37,055 nucleotides of DNA from a virus (Duplodnaviria > Caudoviricetes), in the IMG/VR virus record IMGVR_UViG_3300023210_002164, positions 1 through 37,055 of that record; one strand, 5' to 3'. Under the pieces are notes generated by a model. It was not told the origin of the DNA. It made no database searches and saw only the letters and a program-made list of their open reading frames with translations. Shown here piece after piece: positions 28,878 to 37,054 of the stretch. The position numbers and the translations under genes are program-made. Numbering within the stretch: the first letter of the stretch is position 1; every line of letters begins with the position of its first letter.

Positions 28878-30010
28878 AGTACCACCTTCCAAGATTTTTC
28901 ATTTTCAAGACGGCATTCATATTTTATCCTTTCGATTAGTTGGCCTATATTGCTACGCAACAAGAGATCATAATCATAATCAATATTAGGATTTGTCTTT
29001 TCAAAATCTTTTATTTTTTGTTGTATATCTTCAGATTCATAATTATGGACTAAAATCATAGGCCAGATTTTACTAAAAATATAATTTGCAAAGTTATGCT
29101 GCACTATGGGAACAGTGTTACATACGATACACTCAGGTAACCTATATGTGTCTAAACCATTCCCTTGTGGACATATGCTATATCGATACTCCGCAAGTTC
29201 GTGAAGGCAGAACTCAGCCGTTGACCTATTGGACACAAATATATCTTTATGATTTTTTCTAGCATTATAATCTAAAGCGAAGCCAAAGCCATTTGTATAC
29301 TTGCCTTGTTTTGGGGTTATAAAATCATCTATCCAATCGGTTTTATTGGCCCACAATGCTACTGTTTCACGGTAGAACGATGTAATCGTCATGCGACAGT
29401 TACACAGTTTGTCTTTGGTATAAGACTTTCTAATATTATCAATTTGTTGTTTGCTTTTTATAGACAGGTATGGGTTGATCCCTCTGGGAATTGGTAGTAT
29501 TCTGTTATGTATTTTTTTAACCAGATTTGTTGTAAACCAATAATCAAAATTTTCAATAATTGAGTTTATATCTATATGATAGTGTCTATTTAAAGCATCA
29601 CCTAAAAACACATCACCTTGTTTATTCTGCTGTAACCCATCATCAATTTGTGTGGTTATCAAATGAGTTTTAGGCAATTCTTCTAAGCTGGGATGATTTC
29701 TAAAGGGTTCATATAAATCTATTGTTTGGGGCGGCTTAATAGGTACTGAATACACTTCTTGTGTACGATGATCATAACCAAATGAATTGTCTCTATTTTG
29801 AAAATGTTTATAGATATTGTATAATGTATAGTCTTTATCTGTATCGTAGGCGATAGCCTGACTGTAGTAGTCACTCTTAACGTGATTAAACAGTTTATCA
29901 CCGATTTGAGATATGAATCCTTGTTGTAATTTTTGGCTTATCTCATCCAGATCCATCCCACCAACATTACTACATAATCTACTGGTTTGTATTAGTGTGT
30001 CCGCTGTCAT
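28874..30010 (-). CDS. Exostosin/GT47-like glycosyltransferase
   Basis: ILPIPRGI, YRYSICPQGNGLDTYRLPECIVCNTVPIV. Confidence 0.7.
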   Translation of the reverse strand: MTADTLIQTSRLCSNVGGMDLDEISQKLQQGFISQIGDKLFNHVKSDYYSQAIAYDTDKDYTLYNIYKHFQNRDNSFGYDHRTQEVYSVPIKPPQTIDLYEPFRNHPSLEELPKTHLITTQIDDGLQQNKQGDVFLGDALNRHYHIDINSIIENFDYWFTTNLVKKIHNRILPIPRGINPYLSIKSKQQIDNIRKSYTKDKLCNCRMTITSFYRETVALWANKTDWIDDFITPKQGKYTNGFGFALDYNARKNHKDIFVSNRSTAEFCLHELAEYRYSICPQGNGLDTYRLPECIVCNTVPIVQHNFANYIFSKIWPMILVHNYESEDIQQKIKDFEKTNPNIDYDYDLLLRSNIGQLIERIKYECRLENEKSWKVVL

Positions 30011-31095
30011 TAAAGCATAGCCTTTATTTTCTGCTCAAGCATATCTACAAGCTTGGGGTTTTCGTGCAAGAAATTGTATAGCTTGTCTTGTCCTTGAAAC
30101 TTGAATGCTTTGATTAGTGCTTCATCATCATCCACATTTAGATCTGGCTTAAGTTCCTTGGCTATATCTTTACATTCTAACATAAAGGTGCAACTGAACC
30201 AAGCTCCAGACTTATCCACCATACCTAAGTCTTGTGCCAGCATAAGGACTTCTTGGGTTTTGTCAACCCCATGACCATACCTAATCCAGCTTCGTACTTG
30301 ACCACCGGGAGCACCCATAGACGAGCAAATGACCTGCCAATTTACAGCTTGACCAATTCTTTCTTTACTAGCATTTTCCCACGGAGAAACAGCAGGACTT
30401 TTTTCACCACCACTACGAATCTCTAATCTAGTATCGGCTTGATACTGGATTTTATTACCACCATCAGCCATTTTTGCCTTACCAAATCCAGCAGTGTTAG
30501 CAATATAGTGAGTGATAGCAATTACCAAACCATTTTGTCTTGGTAGTAATTGTCCCATCTTTTTAGTAAAGATTGACAGGATCTTTGGTAGACCCGCACG
30601 TCCGGGTGTAAAGTCTCCATCCAATTCTTTAGCAGGTAGTAAAGACGAGATTGAATCAATAATCAAAATCGCCCCATAATAATCTGGATGACTCATTAGC
30701 TTATGAGCCACATCAAGAAATATCTCTGCCGACAATGGTTCATCTTCTGGTTGAATGATCTTCATCTTCTCTGGATCTAAATCCACAACCTCAAAGTTCA
30801 TACCCTTCAAACGACCCTCAACATCTAAATATATAATTGGGCGAGGAGGATCTTCTTTCTGACAGTTCGCAGCAATCTGCATAGCTGTAGTAGTCTTACC
30901 ACTTTTAGGATCACCTGTTAAAGTTAGCCATGTTCCCTCTAATACACCACCACCCAGTTCGATATCAATTGCGGGACTAACAGAGATAACTTTCCTGTTT
31001 TCCTGTACCTTTAAGACATCTACACCAGTAGAAATAATATTACCATAATCTTTAATAATCTTTGCGATGTATTCAGGTTTCTTTTCTTTTGCCAT
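30010..31095 (-). CDS. recA: RecA/UvsX-like recombinase
   Basis: IDIELGGG, Walker A GDPKSGKTT, YLDVEG, Walker B IIDSIS, GGNKIQYQAD, KSGAWF, FQGQDK. Confidence 0.92.
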   Translation of the reverse strand: MAKEKKPEYIAKIIKDYGNIISTGVDVLKVQENRKVISVSPAIDIELGGGVLEGTWLTLTGDPKSGKTTTAMQIAANCQKEDPPRPIIYLDVEGRLKGMNFEVVDLDPEKMKIIQPEDEPLSAEIFLDVAHKLMSHPDYYGAILIIDSISSLLPAKELDGDFTPGRAGLPKILSIFTKKMGQLLPRQNGLVIAITHYIANTAGFGKAKMADGGNKIQYQADTRLEIRSGGEKSPAVSPWENASKERIGQAVNWQVICSSMGAPGGQVRSWIRYGHGVDKTQEVLMLAQDLGMVDKSGAWFSCTFMLECKDIAKELKPDLNVDDDEALIKAFKFQGQDKLYNFLHENPKLVDMLEQKIKAML

Positions 31096-31564
31096 CTTCT
31101 ATATTTCTAATCTTTGCAAATAAGGTTGATTGTTTACTGAATTGCTTTTTAGCTTTATACTCAATGTTTTCAGGCACGTCAAGTACTTTTTTATCTTCTT
31201 TGGTCTGAGATTCAAGAATTTTGAAAGTTTTAGCAACTCCTGTATCTACAAATTTCAATATTACCACATAAGCTTTAGACTTACCAAGAAACCCCAGTGA
31301 GTATATGTTTTTCCCACTGGGGCTGGTGATATATTTGAGTAAAGCTTTTTCGCTGTACTTTTTAACCAATTTAGAGGCTGCACGCACCTGTATTTGGTAC
31401 TGATCTTTCCTAGACTTATTCCAGAACTTGTATTCCAAACTACCTACATTATCTCTTTCCGCTTTTCTTAAGCACACAAGTTCTGCGACATACTGTGCTA
31501 CACTACACAACTGTCCTGTCGAGCAACCTCTTAACTTTGATGCGTTGTCTTTTTTTTGAGTCAT
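31073..31564 (-). CDS. Basic hypothetical protein
   Basis: Lys-rich 163 aa ORF overlapping both neighbours in the minus-strand run. Confidence 0.6.
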   Translation of the reverse strand: MTQKKDNASKLRGCSTGQLCSVAQYVAELVCLRKAERDNVGSLEYKFWNKSRKDQYQIQVRAASKLVKKYSEKALLKYITSPSGKNIYSLGFLGKSKAYVVILKFVDTGVAKTFKILESQTKEDKKVLDVPENIEYKAKKQFSKQSTLFAKIRNIEDGKRKET

Positions 31565-32018
31565 TTTTGAAAATCATATTCTCAAGGTTTTCAGTGGTTA
31601 AAATTCTTTCCGATTCTTTCTGATTAAACTCATTATGAGGCCAAGTATATTTAGAAACATCGACCATAGAGCAATCGTCCCTTAAATGCATAACCGTTAA
31701 AGTTTGGAATGATTTCGAGTGACCGCCCTCCATTGCTTGATCTTTAGCGACACCACGCATAACCACTATACCATCTAATCCGTCAGGATCTTCAAAAAAT
31801 GTTTTTTGCTCTGTTCCAAACATATAAAGCTTAACTTTAGCTGGATATACATCATTTTCGCGACAATGCTCTGTCAACCTATTCCAAGGGTTAGGCATAT
31901 CAGGACGATCATAGTCTCCAAAAACTTTAGTTCCATCCGTTAATTCGATTTCCCAACTAATCATTAGCTGTGTATGACATAAGTCGTATACATAACCGTC
32001 TACTTGTGTACAAATCAT
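31503..32018 (-). CDS. Hypothetical protein
   Basis: 171 aa ORF with AAGGA SD, coupled to its neighbours. Confidence 0.65.
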   Translation of the reverse strand: MICTQVDGYVYDLCHTQLMISWEIELTDGTKVFGDYDRPDMPNPWNRLTEHCRENDVYPAKVKLYMFGTEQKTFFEDPDGLDGIVVMRGVAKDQAMEGGHSKSFQTLTVMHLRDDCSMVDVSKYTWPHNEFNQKESERILTTENLENMIFKNDSKKRQRIKVKRLLDRTVV

Positions 32019-32019
32019 C

Positions 32020-32310
32020 TCATTTTTCCTTTATTGTATGAATAATTCCCTCTTTATACCGTGAAGGCATCTGAGAGCTTCGTTTGGGTCTAGACTCATC
32101 GGCAGCCGTAGAAGCTAATTCAGTCATAACAACTACACCACGTTCTGGTTTTGTAGCGAAAAGATTAGGCTTTGGATCTTCTGAGACTTTAATGTATTTA
32201 GCTAAAATCTTTTCGGATCTACTCATCTTTTTGGACATCTGCTTAACATCCATAGATGAATTACTGTCAATAAACTCTTTTTCTTTTTTGGACAATGGTC
32301 CCCTTTTCAT
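32020..32310 (-). CDS. Small basic protein, possible HTH/Myb-like DNA-binding N-terminus
   Basis: GPLSKKEKEFI....DVKQMSKKMSRSEKIL pattern; AGGAG SD. Confidence 0.55.
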   Translation of the reverse strand: MKRGPLSKKEKEFIDSNSSMDVKQMSKKMSRSEKILAKYIKVSEDPKPNLFATKPERGVVVMTELASTAADESRPKRSSQMPSRYKEGIIHTIKEK

Positions 32311-32311
32311 A

Positions 32312-32653
32312 TCATTCTCCTATTAAAGATCTTCTGGCATGTGTGAAGTGAAGCAAATTCTTAGATGATAAATACTTTTTATAAAGATTAAATGTAGCCT
32401 TGGAAACTTTTTTAAACTTGTAAAGTTTTTCATCAATTCTTTTATCCGTTCTATGGGCATCTAAAATTTCCCCTCTTCCAAATCTAATATAAAATCTTTG
32501 TTCTTGTTTATCTTCTGATGTAGTATTAACAATTTTAGCGAAAGCTTTAGACTCTTCCACAGAATCAGCATTAGCTCCTAAAAATATTTCTTCCCTATCC
32601 GGCAATTTGGACAACCCTAATTGGGTAATATCTTCATTTTCCCATCTACTCAT
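32312..32653 (-). CDS. Hypothetical protein
   Basis: 113 aa ORF with GGAG SD. Confidence 0.62.
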   Translation of the reverse strand: MSRWENEDITQLGLSKLPDREEIFLGANADSVEESKAFAKIVNTTSEDKQEQRFYIRFGRGEILDAHRTDKRIDEKLYKFKKVSKATFNLYKKYLSSKNLLHFTHARRSLIGE

Positions 32654-32837
32654 TTATTTTCTCCAATTTATCTTTTATAACTTTGATACACTCAGCTTCT
32701 GATGGTGCGGAAAATACCAACTGTGTATTCGGCTGTATGTCATACCTACTTAAAGCTTTCCCACTTACTATTTTATAGTCAATAGAGCCATCCGGCTCTA
32801 TTTTTCTCATCTCTATAGATATATGGACTACTGCCAT
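32646..32837 (-). CDS. Small hypothetical protein (start 32837 or 32894)
   Basis: ORF fills the gap in the minus-strand run. Confidence 0.5.
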   Translation of the reverse strand: MAVVHISIEMRKIEPDGSIDYKIVSGKALSRYDIQPNTQLVFSAPSEAECIKVIKDKLEKINE

Positions 32838-32894
32838 ATGGGGATACAGTCTTCTATTTAGACTATTTTTACTGCCAAAATACCCAAATGTCAT

Positions 32895-33230
32895 TTAATC
32901 GCCTTCTGTTATCCATTTTCTCTTCTGGTCATTTGTCATCGAATTAATTTTTCTGTTTAGTTTCTGTTGTTCTGACAACTTCTTTTTAGTCATATGTTTT
33001 TTTTCGTTTGATTCTAGCTCATATCTGCCCATCTTTTTAGTGTTTCGATCTGCCAATTGGCCAATTGTAGTGGCCTCACGCCTAACAAAAACATCTCCAC
33101 CATATATAACACGTTCCAGAGTCATCTTGTTACATTTACCACATTTCACTAAAGGCTTAGCTTTAATAGATTGATACATATCCCCTATTTCATACTGGCA
33201 ATTAGAACAAACATAATCATATAGTGGCAT
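32895..33230 (-). CDS. FmdB family zinc-ribbon protein
   Basis: MPLYDYVCSNC...CGKC signature. Confidence 0.82.
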   Translation of the reverse strand: MPLYDYVCSNCQYEIGDMYQSIKAKPLVKCGKCNKMTLERVIYGGDVFVRREATTIGQLADRNTKKMGRYELESNEKKHMTKKKLSEQQKLNRKINSMTNDQKRKWITEGD

Positions 33231-33232
33231 TG

Positions 33233-33589
33233 TTATAATCCTATCAGGTTTTGAATTTTAATCCAAGTTGTGGGCAGTGTTACCAACCATATCCACAATC
33301 CAATCTGGAACGCTGTCACAACACCTAAAACAACCCACATCATCTTCTTGTTGTTGTTGTTTTCTTTAGTGTTATAATAAAACCACTGCAGGGTTAGCAC
33401 AACTAAACAAGTGGTCGCAGTTTTTATGGAAATAAATTTATCGACTCCATAATTTTCAATAATCCATTTAGCGACAGGATTTTGCTCCATAGTTAATATT
33501 GTTTCTCTGGTCAACAACGTGTAGAAAATATCAATTACTGACACCGCTATAACAATTAATAACTGTAGATAGAATATGAAGCATTGCAT
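33233..33589 (-). CDS. Small membrane protein (DUF5658-like)
   Basis: Three hydrophobic segments; D-x-x-x-T ... E-Q-N-P-V-A motif. Confidence 0.6.
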   Translation of the reverse strand: MQCFIFYLQLLIVIAVSVIDIFYTLLTRETILTMEQNPVAKWIIENYGVDKFISIKTATTCLVVLTLQWFYYNTKENNNNKKMMWVVLGVVTAFQIGLWIWLVTLPTTWIKIQNLIGL

Positions 33590-34263
33590 TATTTTAATCT
33601 TGATAATACCCTAGATATAATACTGTTTCTAACAATGTCCTGTTCGGTTAGTTCGCAGACTGACAAACCTTTAACACCCTCTAGTCTTTCAGCGCATTCG
33701 CTTAGGGCATTATCTTGTTGGTGTAGATCTGTTTGCTCAATGTCTCCATTTATAACCATTTTGGAATCCTGACCAATTCTGGTTAAGAACATCTTTATCT
33801 GTTCAAAAGTACAATTTTGAGCTTCATCTAAAATCATAAAACTATTATCAAAAGTTCTACCTCTCATATACTCTAACGGCGCTATTTCTATGGAATTACT
33901 GGCACGCATAGAATTAACAGTCTGTTTTGACAGGTATGCATTCATTTCTTCTAATAGGGGTACGAGCCAAGGTTGCATTTTTTCATTTAAAGATCCGGGC
34001 AGGAAGCCCAAACCCCTTGCCCCTACCTCTACTACAGGGCGTGTAATTACAATTTTCTCTACTTTTTTATTAAGTATGTATTCAGAAGCCAGCCCAACAG
34101 CTACTGCTGTTTTTCCTGTTCCTGCTGGACCAGTACAAATTGTCACATCTGATTCATTAATATCTAATATATAATCTCTTTGATTCTCTGTTTTAGCTTT
34201 TAACCTTTTTCTAATTGGTCTAGCTTGATTATTTTGATGTTTTTGGAGCTTTCTCTTCGACAT
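33589..34263 (-). CDS. phoH: PhoH family ATPase
   Basis: GPAGTGKT, ITRPVVE, LGFLPG, PLEYMRGRTF, ILDEAQN, FLTRIG, GDIEQTDL, DIVRN. Confidence 0.95.
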   Translation of the reverse strand: MSKRKLQKHQNNQARPIRKRLKAKTENQRDYILDINESDVTICTGPAGTGKTAVAVGLASEYILNKKVEKIVITRPVVEVGARGLGFLPGSLNEKMQPWLVPLLEEMNAYLSKQTVNSMRASNSIEIAPLEYMRGRTFDNSFMILDEAQNCTFEQIKMFLTRIGQDSKMVINGDIEQTDLHQQDNALSECAERLEGVKGLSVCELTEQDIVRNSIISRVLSRLK

Positions 34264-34272
34264 TATATTCCC

Positions 34273-35508
34273 CTAAAAAGGAGTAGTTGGATAAGATATA
34301 TCAACCACCGTATCTGCTTTGACTAGTATTGCATCGCTGCAATCATTTTGATAAGTCATAGTAGTTTCCACGTTTCCTCCTCCGCTATCTCCTCCCGATA
34401 CACTGATATCAGTTAAATAGTTTCTTTCACCCAAATCCCATATAAAATATTTCAATAATCCACTCGGAAATGTCTTCGCGGCTAATCTAATTTTTCTATC
34501 AACTTTTGTCCATTCATCATATTTGCCAACTATCGCAGCTTCACTACCATCTGAAGCTGAAAATAAAGCACCTCTATTAGGCATACTGGCAGGATATTGT
34601 TGTCTCGCAGTTCCTGTAAATCCCGCTGTTATTTGTATGGGCAAGTTGATAAACCTCCATCTATTCTGTTGTTTTTGCGTAGCAGCACCTCTCCACTGCC
34701 CAACATCTGTCAACTCATTATATTCAATGCCAATATTAATGTCTATGCTATTAATCCCTAATACCTTTTGACCTTCTAGAGTAGTAGACAAATCAAATAT
34801 AGTCGTTACTTCTTCAGGCAATAAACTACTACCAGAAGTGAAATCAAAACTACTTCTTTGAAGTGTATTACCAGACTGTATTGCACTTTTAGTGGGTAAG
34901 TTGTAGGCAGATAATGATGTGCTAGATGAATATATGGATGATTTAGTAATCAACGTGATCGATTCGGTAACAGGACCATCTACAGACATTTTGTAACTAA
35001 TATTGGTTAAAAGACAGTCAGGATATATGGTAGAAAACACCTTATTAGCATCACCCCCATCAGCGGTATTACTGCCTAATCTTGAGTATTGATCTGCCCC
35101 ATACAATAATGTAATGTGATAGTGTCGCAAGATTCTATCATCACTATCTTCCAACCCCTGTACGCCTAAATTATCTGGAGCAAGAAGATGTAGACTGCCG
35201 TATTTAGATACCCCATAAGCTCCCGATGAAGTGTAAAATAAATCGGAAGCGGAATCAATAACTCTTTCTATGGTAATTTCAATTTCTTGCTGACCATAGT
35301 AATGAAACCTTTGCTGGAAACGCCCAACATCTATTAAAGATTCTGATGGAGTATTAGTATTGACACCAACAGAAGAAACCCCAGTTAAGAAAGTTGGCTC
35401 ACCAGCACCACCCGAGGGGGTTGTGGGATTACTTTCAGTATTACTTGCTTCAAACATTACCGCTTGGCAAGCATAGAATATTCTATCATTAGGTGTAGTA
35501 AATGCCAT
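34273..35508 (-). CDS. Putative virion structural protein with an internally duplicated tail-tube-like fold
   Basis: Ser/Thr/Gly-rich and beta-rich; two similar halves (LTGVSSVGVN..ESLIDVGRF vs VLGINSIDIN..NELTDVGQW; LLTNISY..VTESIT vs YLTDISV..VETTMT); GAGG SD. Confidence 0.5.
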   Translation of the reverse strand: MAFTTPNDRIFYACQAVMFEASNTESNPTTPSGGAGEPTFLTGVSSVGVNTNTPSESLIDVGRFQQRFHYYGQQEIEITIERVIDSASDLFYTSSGAYGVSKYGSLHLLAPDNLGVQGLEDSDDRILRHYHITLLYGADQYSRLGSNTADGGDANKVFSTIYPDCLLTNISYKMSVDGPVTESITLITKSSIYSSSTSLSAYNLPTKSAIQSGNTLQRSSFDFTSGSSLLPEEVTTIFDLSTTLEGQKVLGINSIDINIGIEYNELTDVGQWRGAATQKQQNRWRFINLPIQITAGFTGTARQQYPASMPNRGALFSASDGSEAAIVGKYDEWTKVDRKIRLAAKTFPSGLLKYFIWDLGERNYLTDISVSGGDSGGGNVETTMTYQNDCSDAILVKADTVVDISYPTTPF

Positions 35509-35537
35509 TTTTAACCCTCATAGTTTCTGATTCATTA

Positions 35538-35553
35538 ATATATTATACACACA
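35538..35553 (-). promoter_or_regulatory. Putative promoter: GTGTATAATATA with a perfect TATAAT -10 and no canonical -35
   Basis: Lies in one of the few intergenic gaps, about 35 nt upstream of the putative structural gene. Confidence 0.4.
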
Positions 35554-36204
35554 TTAAGAACCAGAACTACCGAATCCGCCTGAGTTCCTATCCGTTTCAC
35601 TCAAGTCCGTAATTTCAATTAATTTAAATTTTGGAACTTCTTGGAACAAAATTTGGGCTATTCTGTCTCCAACTTCGATGGTTACTGGCATTGCACCAGT
35701 ATTTAATAAGCAAACTTTTATCTCACCCCTATAACCAGAATCAATTACTCCAGCTAATACATCAATACCTTTTTGAACTGCCAAACCAGACCGTGGCCAA
35801 ATCAAACCAACAAATGAATTTGGTATAGCTAATGATATACCAGTATTAATTGTTTTTCTTCCGCTTGGTAATATAGTTTTTGACTCACAGCTATATAAAT
35901 CCCAGCCAGCGTCTGATAAATGTGCTTGGGTGGGCATAACACCATTTGGTTGTTTTCTTACAACATTAATTTCCCAAAAGTCACCCATTGCCTGATTAAT
36001 GCATTTTAAATGTTTATTAACAGCAACTGTGCCAGTATCGGTAGTTTCCCCTTCTGGACAGTGATTAGGATTAGCAAAAACATTAAAGAAAATATCTTTT
36101 GATGCTCCAGTTCTGACATAAGACGGTTCAGATCCCGGTGTACTTTGTTCTTCACTAGAAAACATATCTGCTAATTGCTTTTTTCTTGCTTCATGATCAC
36201 TCAT
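35554..36204 (-). CDS. dut: Trimeric dUTPase with an N-terminal extension of about 72 aa
   Basis: DAGWDL, PRSGLA, GVIDSGYRGEI, RIAQ, RNSGGFGSSG; AAGGA SD before the ATG at 36204. Confidence 0.93.
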   Translation of the reverse strand: MSDHEARKKQLADMFSSEEQSTPGSEPSYVRTGASKDIFFNVFANPNHCPEGETTDTGTVAVNKHLKCINQAMGDFWEINVVRKQPNGVMPTQAHLSDAGWDLYSCESKTILPSGRKTINTGISLAIPNSFVGLIWPRSGLAVQKGIDVLAGVIDSGYRGEIKVCLLNTGAMPVTIEVGDRIAQILFQEVPKFKLIEITDLSETDRNSGGFGSSGS

Positions 36205-36233
36205 AATCAGTCCTTCTGTTTATATTTATAATA

Positions 36234-36395
36234 TTAGCCCCGTCTTTCAATAGCACTATTAACAATAGAGTTAGCACCCTTCTCTGAGCTGGCATAGCCT
36301 ACATGCTTCCTTTGATCGTCGATAATAATATAACAGTACCATCGCTGTTCTTTTTCGTTTTTCTCGCTAAATCCACCAGTAGGTTTACTTACCAT
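36234..36395 (-). CDS. 53-aa AP2-domain-like mini protein (not in the ORF track)
   Basis: Manual translation MVSKPTGGFSEKNEKEQRWYCYIIIDDQRKHVGYASSEKGANSIVNSAIERRG; AGGAG SD 5 nt upstream; fills the intergenic gap. Confidence 0.65.
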   Translation of the reverse strand: MVSKPTGGFSEKNEKEQRWYCYIIIDDQRKHVGYASSEKGANSIVNSAIERRG

Positions 36396-36439
36396 CTCTG
36401 CTCCTATTTTATATCCGATTACATAGAGTAAGACAACTC

Positions 36440-37054
36440 TTAAAATAATTCTTTAATACGCTTACCACTATTGACCATTCCAAATGGTCTACCTTCAGCG
36501 GAATGAAGTTCTTGGTGAGTATCAATATCTAAAGATGTTAAAATAGTTTCCGCTAAATCTTCTGGAGCATAACAACCGCCCACACATGACATTCCAGTTC
36601 TATCAGTTTCACCCACACACATTCCTGAATTCAATCCACCACCACTTAACAATAAGCTAAATGCTGCTGGAAAATGTCCACGACCTCCAGCACCTCCATC
36701 AATTTTTGGAGTCCGACCAAATTCTCCGGTAACTAATACTAATGTTTTATCTGATAGTCCACGGTCTGCAAGGTCAGCAAACAAAGTAGAGATAGCAGAA
36801 TCTAGCGGCGGTAGTAATTCTTCTTTTAATAACCTAAAATTCTCATCGTGTGTATCCCAATCAGTATGCTGTATAGTAACACATTTAACACCAGCCTCTA
36901 CTAAACGACGAGCCATTAAACAGCTTTGCCCTAATGTCGTTCTACCATACTGTTCTCTTAGTTTAGCTGGCTCACGATCAATGTCAAATGCTGCTTTAGC
37001 TTCTGCTGATAACATTAGAGTTTTAGCCGACTCTCTAAACGTATTAAAACTATT
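36440..37054 (-). CDS. DUF1501 family protein, C-terminal part (5' end lies beyond the window)
   Basis: YGRTTLGQSCLMARRLVEAGV, WDTH, LDSAISTLFADLADRGL, GEFGRTPKI, GRGHF; frame stays open to the window edge. Confidence 0.88.
   Translation of the reverse strand, partial: NSFNTFRESAKTLMLSAEAKAAFDIDREPAKLREQYGRTTLGQSCLMARRLVEAGVKCVTIQHTDWDTHDENFRLLKEELLPPLDSAISTLFADLADRGLSDKTLVLVTGEFGRTPKIDGGAGGRGHFPAAFSLLLSGGGLNSGMCVGETDRTGMSCVGGCYAPEDLAETILTSLDIDTHQELHSAEGRPFGMVNSGKRIKELF

Noticed and set aside
32838-32894. Short inverted repeat (agtct...agact) as a terminator
   Set aside because: The stem is only about 5 bp and AT-rich with no convincing U-tract on the coding strand; the region may also be coding.
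512-35828. All plus-strand ORFs and short nested alternative-frame minus-strand ORFs in the track
   Set aside because: They lie entirely within well-supported minus-strand genes and have no recognisable motifs; they are shadow ORFs.
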